Source: a candidate division FCPU426 bacterium (GTDB lineage Bacteria; Oederibacteriota; JAAXVQ01; JAUVAV01). From it: a DNA stretch of 64,000 nt. Shown one piece after another: positions 48,740-57,997 of the stretch. The DNA lies in assembly GCA_030637655.1 (NCBI GenBank), contig DAOWGI010000090.1, positions 10,637 to 74,636 of the forward strand. Direction: 5' to 3'. Position 1 is the first letter of the stretch. The number at the start of each line of letters is the position of its first letter. A model generated the notes under the pieces. That model ran no database searches. It was not told where the DNA came from and saw only the letters and a list, made by a program, of their open reading frames with translations. Position numbers and translations under genes: made by a program.

Positions 48740-49836
48740 ACGTTCCTTCCTTTGCTAGACTTTCTTATGTTGTGCTCTATATTGACTTTCACCAATCGTT
48801 TTATCTGATCGCTCATGGTATGAATGGGATACACCTTATCCGCCATTCCGGCTTCTATAACGGATTTCGGCATGCCAAAAATCACACAACTGGATTTGTC
48901 TTCTGCCAATACTATTCCGCCGTTTTTATGAATCACTGCGGCACCCTGGGTCCCATCACGCCCCATACCGGTTAATACCACACCCAGGCAATTCCGGCGA
49001 TACAATTTAGCAGTCGATTCCATGGTTACATCCGCAGCCGGTCGAACACTGTTTCTGGCCGGACCTTGATGCAAACGAATCACTTCTTTGCCGGCGAAGC
49101 CGGCAACCACCATATGAAAATTACTGGGAGCAATGTACACATGCCCGGCCAACACTTCATCCCCGTCTTCCGCTTCTTTTACGGATAAATTACTGACACG
49201 ATTCATACGTTCGGCCAGTGATTTGGTAAATCCCCGGGCCATGTGCTGGACAATTAAAACAGCCGCGGGAAAATCAGCCGGTAATTTCGGAACCACTTCG
49301 TAGAGTGCGCGCGGACCTCCGGTTGAACTGCCAATGACCACAACTTGCCGACCGGCAATCATGGTTTCCGGCAGCATCTCCACTTTTTCCAGTTTTTCGT
49401 ACTCAATAAATTTCAAGCGGGAAATATCCACTTGTGCTGCCGCGCGAACTTTATTAATTAACTCTTCACCGACTTTGGTCAAATCCAGACTAATCGGACC
49501 GGATGGTTTGCAGATAAAATCCACGGCGCCATACTCCAGCGCCTTTATGGTCATCTCCGCGCCTTCTTCCGTATAGGCCGAGAGCATAACCACTGGTGTC
49601 GGACATTCACTCATAATATACCCAAGTGTGTCCAACCCGTTCAACCTGGGCATCTCGATATCCAGAGTGACAACATCCGGGTGATAATCCGTCACTTTTT
49701 GGACCGCCTCATAACCATCCCGGCCGGTGGCCACCACTTCTATGTCTTCAGCTGAATTGAGAATACTACTGATCGTTTTCCGCATGAAAGCAGAATCATC
49801 AATAGCGAGTACTTTTATTATCCGCTGCGTATCCAT
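48736..49836 (-). CDS. cheB: Chemotaxis methylesterase with receiver domain
   Basis: DDSAFMR, GSSTGGP, VQHM and LTGMGRDG motifs. Confidence 0.97.
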   Translation of the reverse strand: MDTQRIIKVLAIDDSAFMRKTISSILNSAEDIEVVATGRDGYEAVQKVTDYHPDVVTLDIEMPRLNGLDTLGYIMSECPTPVVMLSAYTEEGAEMTIKALEYGAVDFICKPSGPISLDLTKVGEELINKVRAAAQVDISRLKFIEYEKLEKVEMLPETMIAGRQVVVIGSSTGGPRALYEVVPKLPADFPAAVLIVQHMARGFTKSLAERMNRVSNLSVKEAEDGDEVLAGHVYIAPSNFHMVVAGFAGKEVIRLHQGPARNSVRPAADVTMESTAKLYRRNCLGVVLTGMGRDGTQGAAVIHKNGGIVLAEDKSSCVIFGMPKSVIEAGMADKVYPIHTMSDQIKRLVKVNIEHNIRKSSKGRNV

Positions 49837-49860
49837 GGGAAACGATGCCTGAGGGGGTAA

Positions 49861-50226
49861 CTACTTAGCCAACGCGCGTTCCACAGCTTCGAGCACCCGT
49901 GGAGGTTGAAACGGCTTGATGACAAAATCCTTGGCCCCGGCGGCAATGGCTTCGATAACCATGGCCTGCTGTCCCATCGCACTGCACATGATGATAACCG
50001 CCTTGGGATCCACTCGTATAATATCTTTTACCGCCTCTATGCCGTTTACTTCCGGCATGATGATATCCATAGTGGTCAGGTCCGGTTTAAGCTTGTTATA
50101 CAATTCCGCCGCTTCACGACCGTCCTTGGCCTCTCCCACGATCTCATAATTTTGTTTTTCCAATATTCCCTTGATCATTACCCGCATAAAAGCAGCATCA
50201 TCGGCGATGAGGATTCTGGCTGGCAT
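49861..50226 (-). CDS. cheY: CheY-like response regulator
   Basis: DDAAFMR, MDIIMP, CSAMGQ and KPF motifs. Confidence 0.92.
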   Translation of the reverse strand: MPARILIADDAAFMRVMIKGILEKQNYEIVGEAKDGREAAELYNKLKPDLTTMDIIMPEVNGIEAVKDIIRVDPKAVIIMCSAMGQQAMVIEAIAAGAKDFVIKPFQPPRVLEAVERALAK

Positions 50227-50762
50227 TAGCTTTCCTCCTGAATAAGATTACTTGAATTTTCCGGGGTTTTCCCGGGCAAACTTTCCATAGACACCTGTGT
50301 AACTTGCTGTGTTTCTTGTTCTGATAATATTTTATCGAAATTCAACATAATTAAAATACGTCCCGGGAGTTTTCCAACACCCGACAAGTATTCTCCGGCA
50401 ATATCCGCAACCATGGCCGGCGCCGGCTCAATACCGTCAATCGGAACCCGCACCACTTCATTTACTTCATCAACAATCATCCCCAACACCTGGCCCTCCA
50501 CTTCCACTTCCATGATTCGCTGCTTATTTTTCGGCGATGCATCTACAGGAAGATCAAACCGTCGCCGCAAGTCCAAAACCGGTATAATCCTACCACGCAA
50601 ATTCACCACGCCCTCAATAAAACGCGGAGCACGAGGAACCCGCGTAATTTCCACCAAGCGTAATATTTCGTGCACTTGATGAATGGGCGCGCCAAATTCC
50701 TCTTCACCCAGGCGAAATACCACCAACTTAATCTCGTTTTTAATTTCCCGGTTATCCGGCAT
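50226..50762 (-). CDS. cheW: Chemotaxis adaptor CheW
   Basis: VPRAPRFIEGVVNLRGRIIPVLDLRRRF. Confidence 0.95.
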   Translation of the reverse strand: MPDNREIKNEIKLVVFRLGEEEFGAPIHQVHEILRLVEITRVPRAPRFIEGVVNLRGRIIPVLDLRRRFDLPVDASPKNKQRIMEVEVEGQVLGMIVDEVNEVVRVPIDGIEPAPAMVADIAGEYLSGVGKLPGRILIMLNFDKILSEQETQQVTQVSMESLPGKTPENSSNLIQEES

Positions 50763-50764
50763 AA

Positions 50765-51268
50765 TTATATTTCATGCTCGCCGGACAACGCGGTTCTGAT
50801 CTTCATCATGCCTGTCTCGGCGTAAAATTCCACCAAACGCCCTGAAGATCCTCCCGTGTCTTCCGCCACCAGCGGAATACCGACTTCTTTTAGTTTTTCT
50901 TTCACAGCCACAATATTGCGCTCGCCAATATTCATGCTTTCCTGATTGGACATCTTCCCACTAAACATAAACATATTGGCACCACCGGCGAGTTTGGCTT
51001 GCAAATACGTTTTGGGAATTCCCAATTGCGGAAAACGCTCCAGCATTGCCATGATTGCCGTATCGGCAAACTTGGCAGGATTGACTTCCTGCTGAAGCCG
51101 CGTCTGTTTGGAATCCGGCAACATAATATGTGCCATAGCAGCAATTTTCGATTTAGGGTCCCAGAGTCCCAGTCCCGCGCACGATCCTAATCCAAAAGTT
51201 ACCAACACATCCTGGTCACGCGCAATTTTCCAATCTGCCATTCCTACTTTAATACGTTCAGGCATCAA
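50765..51268 (-). CDS. cheD: Chemoreceptor glutamine deamidase CheD
   Basis: GLGSC, HIMLP, AKLAGGANMF and EDTGGSSGR motifs. Confidence 0.95.
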   Translation of the reverse strand: MMPERIKVGMADWKIARDQDVLVTFGLGSCAGLGLWDPKSKIAAMAHIMLPDSKQTRLQQEVNPAKFADTAIMAMLERFPQLGIPKTYLQAKLAGGANMFMFSGKMSNQESMNIGERNIVAVKEKLKEVGIPLVAEDTGGSSGRLVEFYAETGMMKIRTALSGEHEI

Positions 51269-51890
51269 CCACTCCGGAGACTTTTTTAATAGCGCTTACA
51301 ATAATGTCCAGCGACCCGGCTTCCGGTATCAAAAAGAAGGTTCCGGAAATCCTTGTCTCAATTTCAGTAATCTCGGTACGTAACATCAAGGCATATTGGG
51401 TCTCAGTAGAAATCTCCACCAAAATAGTTTCCAAGATGGCAGTCATAATATCAATGGCCAAAGCCGGAACCGATGGAATCATGCGCATGTCCAAGAATTT
51501 TGCCAAAGCATTGAGATAGGCTCCGGACAGAATAGTCCCCAGCTCTTTCAAGGCTGAGAGTTTCATTTCACTCATCAACTCACTGGAGCCTACGGTCTGA
51601 CCCAAGAGCATGTCTGTCAGTTTAATTAAATTGCTATGTGGAAAGGTAACTAATATTTTCGAGGGCAGATCGCCAAAGACTTCCAGATATATGCCTGCCA
51701 CGATCTCTTCTGAACCGCCAACCTGTTCAGGAACCTTTTCCACTGGAATAATCATAACCTCCGGAACAGACATATTAATGGTCCGGCCCAGCAATTGCGA
51801 CAATGCCGTAGCCGCGTTACCGGCTCCAATATTTCCCAATTCACGCAATGCATCCCGGTAAAATTCGTTGATTTGGTTCGGATCCTTCAT
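51258..51890 (-). CDS. cheC: CheY-P phosphatase CheC
   Basis: DALRELGNIGAGNAATALS and SALKELGTILSG motifs. Confidence 0.93.
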   Translation of the reverse strand: MKDPNQINEFYRDALRELGNIGAGNAATALSQLLGRTINMSVPEVMIIPVEKVPEQVGGSEEIVAGIYLEVFGDLPSKILVTFPHSNLIKLTDMLLGQTVGSSELMSEMKLSALKELGTILSGAYLNALAKFLDMRMIPSVPALAIDIMTAILETILVEISTETQYALMLRTEITEIETRISGTFFLIPEAGSLDIIVSAIKKVSGVVDA

Positions 51891-51895
51891 CGTGT

Positions 51896-52267
51896 CTACT
51901 CCTCTTCCTGTTCGACTTTTTGAATCGCTTCAACCACCCCGGTCGGCTGAAATGGTTTAATGATAAAATCCCGCGCACCGGCTTGCATAGCTTCCACCAC
52001 CAAAGCTTGCTGTCCCATGGCGCTGCAAATAATAATTTTGGCTTTGGGATCTGCTTCGATAATTTTTTTCACAGCTTCAATGCCACCCATCTCCGGCATA
52101 ATCAAGTCAATTAGAGTGATATCCGGAGTTAGCTTTTGGTACGCCTCAATGGCCACCTTTCCGTTTTCCGCCTCTCCGACAATCGCATAACCATGGCTGG
52201 TCAAAATATTTCTAAGCATCATACGCATGAATGAAGCATCGTCTACAATGAGGATTTTACTCGCCAC
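51896..52267 (-). CDS. cheY: CheY-like response regulator
   Basis: DDASFMR, IDLIMP, CSAMGQ and KPF motifs. Confidence 0.92.
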   Translation of the reverse strand: MASKILIVDDASFMRMMLRNILTSHGYAIVGEAENGKVAIEAYQKLTPDITLIDLIMPEMGGIEAVKKIIEADPKAKIIICSAMGQQALVVEAMQAGARDFIIKPFQPTGVVEAIQKVEQEEE

Positions 52268-52314
52268 GTTTCATTTCTCCTCTCTTTATCACTAATTGGT
52301 TTCGAACTGCACCG

Positions 52315-52653
52315 CTATAAAGCAGCATCACCGTGTTCACCAGTACGAACCCGAACCGCGTCTTCCACGTGTGAAACAAATATCTTCCCGTCGCTCAAAT
52401 GACCGGTTTGGGCCGTCGAGATAATTAATCGGATGATTTTCTCCACTTCGGAATCTGCCAGTACTATTTCTAACATAATTTGGGGTTGGAATTCAACTAA
52501 GTAATTGCGACTCACTTTCCGTGTCAGTTGCGAGCGATGAATCCCAAAACCCTTTACATCAAATATAGTCATGCCCTGCACGCCTTCATTGAGCAAATTT
52601 TCTTTCAATATCTCCAATTTCGCGGCCGGCACAATGCATTTAATTAATTTCAT
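52315..52653 (-). CDS. Divergent P-II family (GlnB/GlnK-like) protein
   Basis: 112 aa; GMT..VKGFG, TGxxSDGKIF and RVRTGE motifs. Confidence 0.9.
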   Translation of the reverse strand: MKLIKCIVPAAKLEILKENLLNEGVQGMTIFDVKGFGIHRSQLTRKVSRNYLVEFQPQIMLEIVLADSEVEKIIRLIISTAQTGHLSDGKIFVSHVEDAVRVRTGEHGDAAL

Positions 52654-52680
52654 CGGTCACTCCCGCCTCTCACCAGATCC

Positions 52681-54903
52681 TCACTTAATGACACGTCGAT
52701 TACTGGCCCCGGGTGAATAACGGAATTGATCCAACCAATCCTGTGCGCTGCGCAAACATTCCGTAGCCCGTATAGCCGCTTCTGTATTCGGCGCCAATTG
52801 AATGAATTTATCCCAGGCCGCTATAGCCTCATCCCACCAGTTCCGCTGACCGTATATTTTTCCCAAGCGATCATGTACTTCTATGTGCTTGGGATTCAAT
52901 TCCAAGGCCCGGCAATATTCCACTTCCGCTTCGTCAAACCATTCCTTCTGCAAATACACTTCTCCCAGATAATAATGCGCATCCGGATAATTCGGATTAA
53001 GCGAAACCGCGCGCAACAAGACCTCCAGCGCTTCATCGGCTTTTTCCAGTTTTTTGTAGATCAAACCCAAATTAGTACAAGCCTCGACATAACGCGGATT
53101 AATCTTTAAGGCTTTTTGATATCCAACAACGGATTCTTCAAAACAATCCGTATTGCGATAGACGTTGGCCAGATCATAATGCGCAGCCGCATTGTTCGGA
53201 TTGGCCTTAATGTCCGCTTGTAATTTATCTATAGCCTCGTTGAAGATATCCTTCTTTTTAGCCGCGGCGACCAAATTCTTTTTGGCTGTATCATAATTCG
53301 GATCAATTTCCAGGGCATGATTAAATTCTTCGATGGCTTTATCATACACACCTTTTTGATAATAAATTACGCCCAAATTGTTAAAAGCTTTGGCATACTG
53401 TGGATTAATGGCAATGGCTTTCCGGTATTCTTCCAAGGCATCGTCAAAATTCCCGGTACTCTTGTAGGCCATACCCAACGAATTGTGGGCAATAGCATTT
53501 TCCTGATCAATTGCCAAGGCCTTTTGAAATTCAATAATGGCTTCCTCAAAACGTCCTTTGTCGGTCAAGGCCAAGCCTAGATAAATATTGGCCTCGCTGT
53601 CCTGCGCGTATACCGGCGACAACTCTATGGCACGCCGAAATTCCTTGACCGCGCCATCAAAATTATTATACCTATAGTAATAGACCCCCAATTGATAATG
53701 CGCGTCCGCATAGTGGGGATTTTCTTCAATAGCCCGTTCTATCTCAGTGATGGCGTCTTCACCTTTGCCTTGTTTGTAGTACACAATACCCAATTCATAA
53801 TGACAACGCACATTATCCGGCGCATACTCAAAAGCACGCCGCAACTGATCTTCCGCCTCCGGAAAATGACCTTGATGCCGATACAAAATACCGGCATTGA
53901 TGTACGCATCCGTATACTGGGAATCCAGTTCAATGGCACGCCGAAAAAATTTCAAGGCATCCGGTAACATCTTCCTCTCAAAATAAATTTCACCCAAGCT
54001 GTTGTGCAATCCGGCATCATCGGGTTTGACCGCCAACGCTTTTTCATAGTGCTGTATTGCTTCGTTCAACAACCCTTTAGTGTGATAGGCTTTTCCCAAT
54101 TCTTTGTAGGCAGCCGAGGAATCCGTCGCGGTAGTTGCCGCGCCGGCAGCTGGCGGTGCTTCTGCCGGCGGATCCGGTTTTTCACCGGCTTTATAATAAT
54201 CAATTGCTAAATTGGTCGAAGCTTGCGCGTAGCCGGGATTGATTTCAACTGCTCTTGAAAATTCACGTTCTGCTTCTTGGTTTATTCCCTTATCGCCATA
54301 GGCAAATCCAAGATTGTAATGAGCAACCGCAAATTCCGGATTGATTTCCACGCAAGTTTTAAATTCTTCTATAGCTTGATCATACAGACCTTTGTTGTAA
54401 TACACTTCGCCCAGAGTGTTATGCAAATCCGCGAAATGAGGCGCCTGCTCAATGGCCGAGACTAGTAGTTCCATGGCTTCGTCAAAACGACCCATACTCT
54501 TAAAAACACTGCCCAAAGCATTGCTGGCAAACAAATGAGAGGGTGTAATCTCTATTGCCCGTTGGTATTCGGCAATAGCCTCCTCATAACGACCGGTATA
54601 GCGAAAAGCATTTCCCAAGTTGTAATGCGCATCCGCATCGTTGGGGCACATTTCAATAGCTCGCTGATACGCTACGATCGCACGATCGTAGATACCCGTA
54701 TTTTTATTCACCGCCTGGAGATTTTCCATAGCCTGGCTCAAATTGTGATCAATCTCCAAGGCACGTTTAAACTCTTTGATGGCTTCGACATACATTCCCT
54801 TGGAATAGTAAAAGACTCCCAGGTTATTGTGGGCAGAGGCATCGTTTTGATCAATGCCATATTCGAATTCGCGTATGTTTTGCGCGGCTTCGTGGTCGGC
54901 CAT
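52681..54903 (-). CDS. Long TPR-repeat protein
   Basis: Many tandem 34-aa TPRs (AHNNLG..Y..A...P) with a short Pro/Ala linker. Confidence 0.93.
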   Translation of the reverse strand: MADHEAAQNIREFEYGIDQNDASAHNNLGVFYYSKGMYVEAIKEFKRALEIDHNLSQAMENLQAVNKNTGIYDRAIVAYQRAIEMCPNDADAHYNLGNAFRYTGRYEEAIAEYQRAIEITPSHLFASNALGSVFKSMGRFDEAMELLVSAIEQAPHFADLHNTLGEVYYNKGLYDQAIEEFKTCVEINPEFAVAHYNLGFAYGDKGINQEAEREFSRAVEINPGYAQASTNLAIDYYKAGEKPDPPAEAPPAAGAATTATDSSAAYKELGKAYHTKGLLNEAIQHYEKALAVKPDDAGLHNSLGEIYFERKMLPDALKFFRRAIELDSQYTDAYINAGILYRHQGHFPEAEDQLRRAFEYAPDNVRCHYELGIVYYKQGKGEDAITEIERAIEENPHYADAHYQLGVYYYRYNNFDGAVKEFRRAIELSPVYAQDSEANIYLGLALTDKGRFEEAIIEFQKALAIDQENAIAHNSLGMAYKSTGNFDDALEEYRKAIAINPQYAKAFNNLGVIYYQKGVYDKAIEEFNHALEIDPNYDTAKKNLVAAAKKKDIFNEAIDKLQADIKANPNNAAAHYDLANVYRNTDCFEESVVGYQKALKINPRYVEACTNLGLIYKKLEKADEALEVLLRAVSLNPNYPDAHYYLGEVYLQKEWFDEAEVEYCRALELNPKHIEVHDRLGKIYGQRNWWDEAIAAWDKFIQLAPNTEAAIRATECLRSAQDWLDQFRYSPGASNRRVIK

Positions 54904-55541
54904 TATGACTCTCCGGCTTCCGTCAATATTTCATGAGTGTTAACATTATCCAACAGACTTTCCAAATGCAACACGGTAATCAGACGGTCGTTCAATTTCC
55001 CTATCCCGTATATGTAGCGGGCATCCAATCCTTTCAGCACGGCCGGGCTGCTTTCAATGCGATCCATTGGAAGTTGCACTACCGCTTCCACCTCATCCAC
55101 CAGCAGGCCAAAGATCTGCGAATTACATTCTACCACAATAATTCGTGTCTCATCAGTGGCGGAGTGCGGTTTCTGACCCAAACGCAAAGACAAATTCATA
55201 ATCGGCACCACAATACCGCGGTATTTGATCAGCCCTTCAATAAACAGCGGCATTTTGGGTAATTTGTTGGTTTCCTGGTTACGAATGATTTCACGGACAA
55301 AGAGCGCTTCAAAAGCAAAATCCTCTTTGTCCAGACGGAAGGTCACCACCAAGAGACCTTGCAATACATTCAGCACATCTTTTTCCTCAACATACCCTAA
55401 ACGCACCAAAGTCTTGCCCAAAGGCTCGGCGGATCGTTGTTGCTCGACCAGCGCTTTTTGCAGCTGTTCGCGCGGCAGACGGCCGCTTTGGACCAGCAAT
55501 TCTCCTAAAGATTTCTCCTGTTGATGCTGTATAAATTTCAT
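54903..55541 (-). CDS. MshEN-like (T2SSE N-terminal) domain fused to CheW
   Basis: LGELLVQSGRL..EQLQKAL.EQ....LGKTLVRLGYV followed by a CheW domain (FIEGLIKYRGIVVPIMNL, FGLLVDEV). Confidence 0.85.
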   Translation of the reverse strand: MKFIQHQQEKSLGELLVQSGRLPREQLQKALVEQQRSAEPLGKTLVRLGYVEEKDVLNVLQGLLVVTFRLDKEDFAFEALFVREIIRNQETNKLPKMPLFIEGLIKYRGIVVPIMNLSLRLGQKPHSATDETRIIVVECNSQIFGLLVDEVEAVVQLPMDRIESSPAVLKGLDARYIYGIGKLNDRLITVLHLESLLDNVNTHEILTEAGES

Positions 55542-55543
55542 GG

Positions 55544-56716
55544 CTATTTACCCTTTATAAATTTAATGTTATTGTGCAGGATTTCGTTGTGAGGATCCAA
55601 TTCCAGCGACTTTTCCCAAACCTTCAGTGCTTTTTCCTGTTCATTTTGCTTGTAGAAAATATTGCCGATTTTCAAATAGGCTTCCGCGTTGTGCGGTTCC
55701 AATTTAATCACATCTTTGAATACACCGATAGAGCGCTGATAATCTCCTTTACTATACAAAAAATTGGCCAAGCCCAAATGAAGGCATACGTCCTGTGGAG
55801 CAAGCTTTTGCGCTTTTTTATATTCCTGCAAAGCTTCTTCTGTTTTCTCTTGCAGGTCATAAATAAAAGCCCGCATTTTATGCAAATTGGCATCCTCCGA
55901 ATTGATATTCAAAACGTTTTTGTACGCCGCTACCGCTTCTTCACGTTTTCCCAGGTTGGCATAAATCCGACCAAGCAAGGTAAAAGCATCCACGTTTTTC
56001 GGATTCAACTTGATGACTTTCTGAACATAGGTCAACGCTTCCTCAGCCTTCCCTTGTTGCAGCAGCAATCCGCCCAGATTTTGCAAACTCATGACATCGT
56101 CGGGATTCATCTCCAAGGCCTGACCAAACGCTGCTTCCGCTTCTGCTAATTTTCCCATTTTGGCCTTGAGGCCGGCAATAATGTTGTGTACTCCGGCATG
56201 CTTGGGATTGATTTTCAGCGCGGCTTCATACTCTTGCACGCCTTCGGCAAACTTCCCCCAGCTTTCATAAATATATCCTAATTTGAAGTGTACCTCGGAA
56301 AGATTAGGATTGATCTTCAGCGCGGCTTCATATTCTTGTTTAGCTTCTTCCAAAATACCCTGTTTATAAAACACATCTCCCAAATTGTTGTGCAGACCGC
56401 AATCTTCCGAATTGATTTTCAAAGCTTTTTTATACTCGGATATTGCTTCTTCCTCCCGGCTGGTATTGGAATAAATCAACCCCAGTTTACAGTGCGCATT
56501 CACATGTTTGGGATTGTTCTCCAAAACCAGCTGGTATTCTTCGGCGGCTTGATCGTACTTACCAACATTGGAGTACAACACTCCAAGCTGAAAATGCACT
56601 TCTGGATTTTTCGGTTCCAATTCCAAGGCCTTTGTGAATTCCCGAATCGCATCTTGATACCGGCGAGTCAGAGAAAAAGCCACTCCCAAATTAATATTAT
56701 CCTGAACCTCACTCAA
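55544..56716 (-). CDS. TPR-repeat protein
   Basis: About 11 tandem TPRs; TTG start with GGAGG RBS. Confidence 0.9.
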   Translation of the reverse strand: MSEVQDNINLGVAFSLTRRYQDAIREFTKALELEPKNPEVHFQLGVLYSNVGKYDQAAEEYQLVLENNPKHVNAHCKLGLIYSNTSREEEAISEYKKALKINSEDCGLHNNLGDVFYKQGILEEAKQEYEAALKINPNLSEVHFKLGYIYESWGKFAEGVQEYEAALKINPKHAGVHNIIAGLKAKMGKLAEAEAAFGQALEMNPDDVMSLQNLGGLLLQQGKAEEALTYVQKVIKLNPKNVDAFTLLGRIYANLGKREEAVAAYKNVLNINSEDANLHKMRAFIYDLQEKTEEALQEYKKAQKLAPQDVCLHLGLANFLYSKGDYQRSIGVFKDVIKLEPHNAEAYLKIGNIFYKQNEQEKALKVWEKSLELDPHNEILHNNIKFIKGK

Positions 56717-56760
56717 ATCAAACTGCCTCCCTGCACACTAGGAGTGTGAGCAATTAGTCT

Positions 56761-56918
56761 GTTTTTTTATGTTGTCATCCCCGAATGCTCTTATCGGGGA
56801 TATGGTTTAAAAAACCAGATTCCTGCAGAAGGCGTCCCTATATATTTTTTCCGGTTGGGGCCGATTAAACCCTCGGGAATGACAACCTTTGTTTAACTGC
56901 ACTTGACTGACCTGTTAC
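56761..56918. mobile_element. MITE family 1, copy 5 (reverse, one end eroded, nested insert)
   Basis: gtcatccccgaatgctcttatcgggga ... ctgacctgttac. Confidence 0.8.
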
Positions 56919-56929
56919 CAAAAAACCGA

Positions 56930-57760
56930 CTAAATGCTCAAGCTTCCAGCATCTGAATCAGCTGCCTTTTTTTTATAAATTCGTTCCCGCACATCCAGCA
57001 TATGATATAATTTTCGCACTTCACCCAGCAAAGTTTCTGTTTTGCCCAGTACCAAATATCCATCTGGTCGTAAACGCTGATAAAAATCCCGGAATAAACG
57101 CTCCTGCAGTTCAGGTATGAAATAAATTAGCACGTTTCGACAAATGATTAAATCAAAAGCTCCGTTAGGCAGCGGCCCGGTCAGATCCTGAATTTGAAAA
57201 TCGATTCTTTTTTTCAACTCATTCTTAATGGCCCAGCGCTCATCACAAAATTTGAAATAGCGGTCTTTCAGTTCCGCTGGAAGGGTTTTCAAGGACTCCT
57301 TGTCGTATTTCCCGAGCCTCGCACTTTCCAAAACCGCCGGATCAATATCCGTGGCCAAAATTTCCCAATCGCATAACGTTGCCAATCCTTTCTGCAACAT
57401 CATGGCAACCGAATAGGGTTCCTCTCCATTGGCACAGCCCGCGCTCCAAATTCGCAATTTACGTTGCTTTCGCCACCCGGGCAACAATAATTTTTCCATC
57501 TGCTCGTAGACCATGGGATCACGATAAAAATTGGAAACATTTATGGTAAGGCGATCCAAGAGCCATTTGAACTCTTCCGGTTTGTCTTTCAAAAGTTCTT
57601 CGTACTCTTGATAAGTCCCTTTTTTAGTTGCTCGCATGCGAACCGCAAGGCGTCGTTTTAAGTAATTCACTTTGTACTGTTTGCAATCCAAGCCTACCTG
57701 TTTAAAAATCAGTTGGCACAGATCTCCAAAATGCCTCTCATCCGCCAGTATCATAAGCAA
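56930..57760 (-). CDS. cheR: Chemotaxis methyltransferase CheR
   Basis: TINVSNFYRD, WSAGCANGEEPYS, CRNVLIYF and LGKTE motifs. Confidence 0.95.
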   Translation of the reverse strand: MLMILADERHFGDLCQLIFKQVGLDCKQYKVNYLKRRLAVRMRATKKGTYQEYEELLKDKPEEFKWLLDRLTINVSNFYRDPMVYEQMEKLLLPGWRKQRKLRIWSAGCANGEEPYSVAMMLQKGLATLCDWEILATDIDPAVLESARLGKYDKESLKTLPAELKDRYFKFCDERWAIKNELKKRIDFQIQDLTGPLPNGAFDLIICRNVLIYFIPELQERLFRDFYQRLRPDGYLVLGKTETLLGEVRKLYHMLDVRERIYKKKAADSDAGSLSI

Positions 57761-57997
57761 CTCCCTAACCCGGACAAGCCGGAACCAAAAAGAAATAAAC
57801 CTCGATTATCAAATTTTCCTTGCCAAAAAAATACGAATTTGAGAAATAAGTTACTAAATACACAACATCTCTTTTTGAATAATAGCACGCGCGGCAATTA
57901 CGCGTCCAATGCTTAATTGATCAGCGCCTTCGATAATACACAATTCCCCAACTTTTCCCGCTTCTCTTTTTACCCGACAACGCCTTTCGGCCGGGCC

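Noticed and set aside
57765-57792. ctaacccggacaagccggaaccaaaa, a possible MITE end just upstream of cheR
   Set aside because: Single copy with no partner arm in the window, so it cannot be supported.
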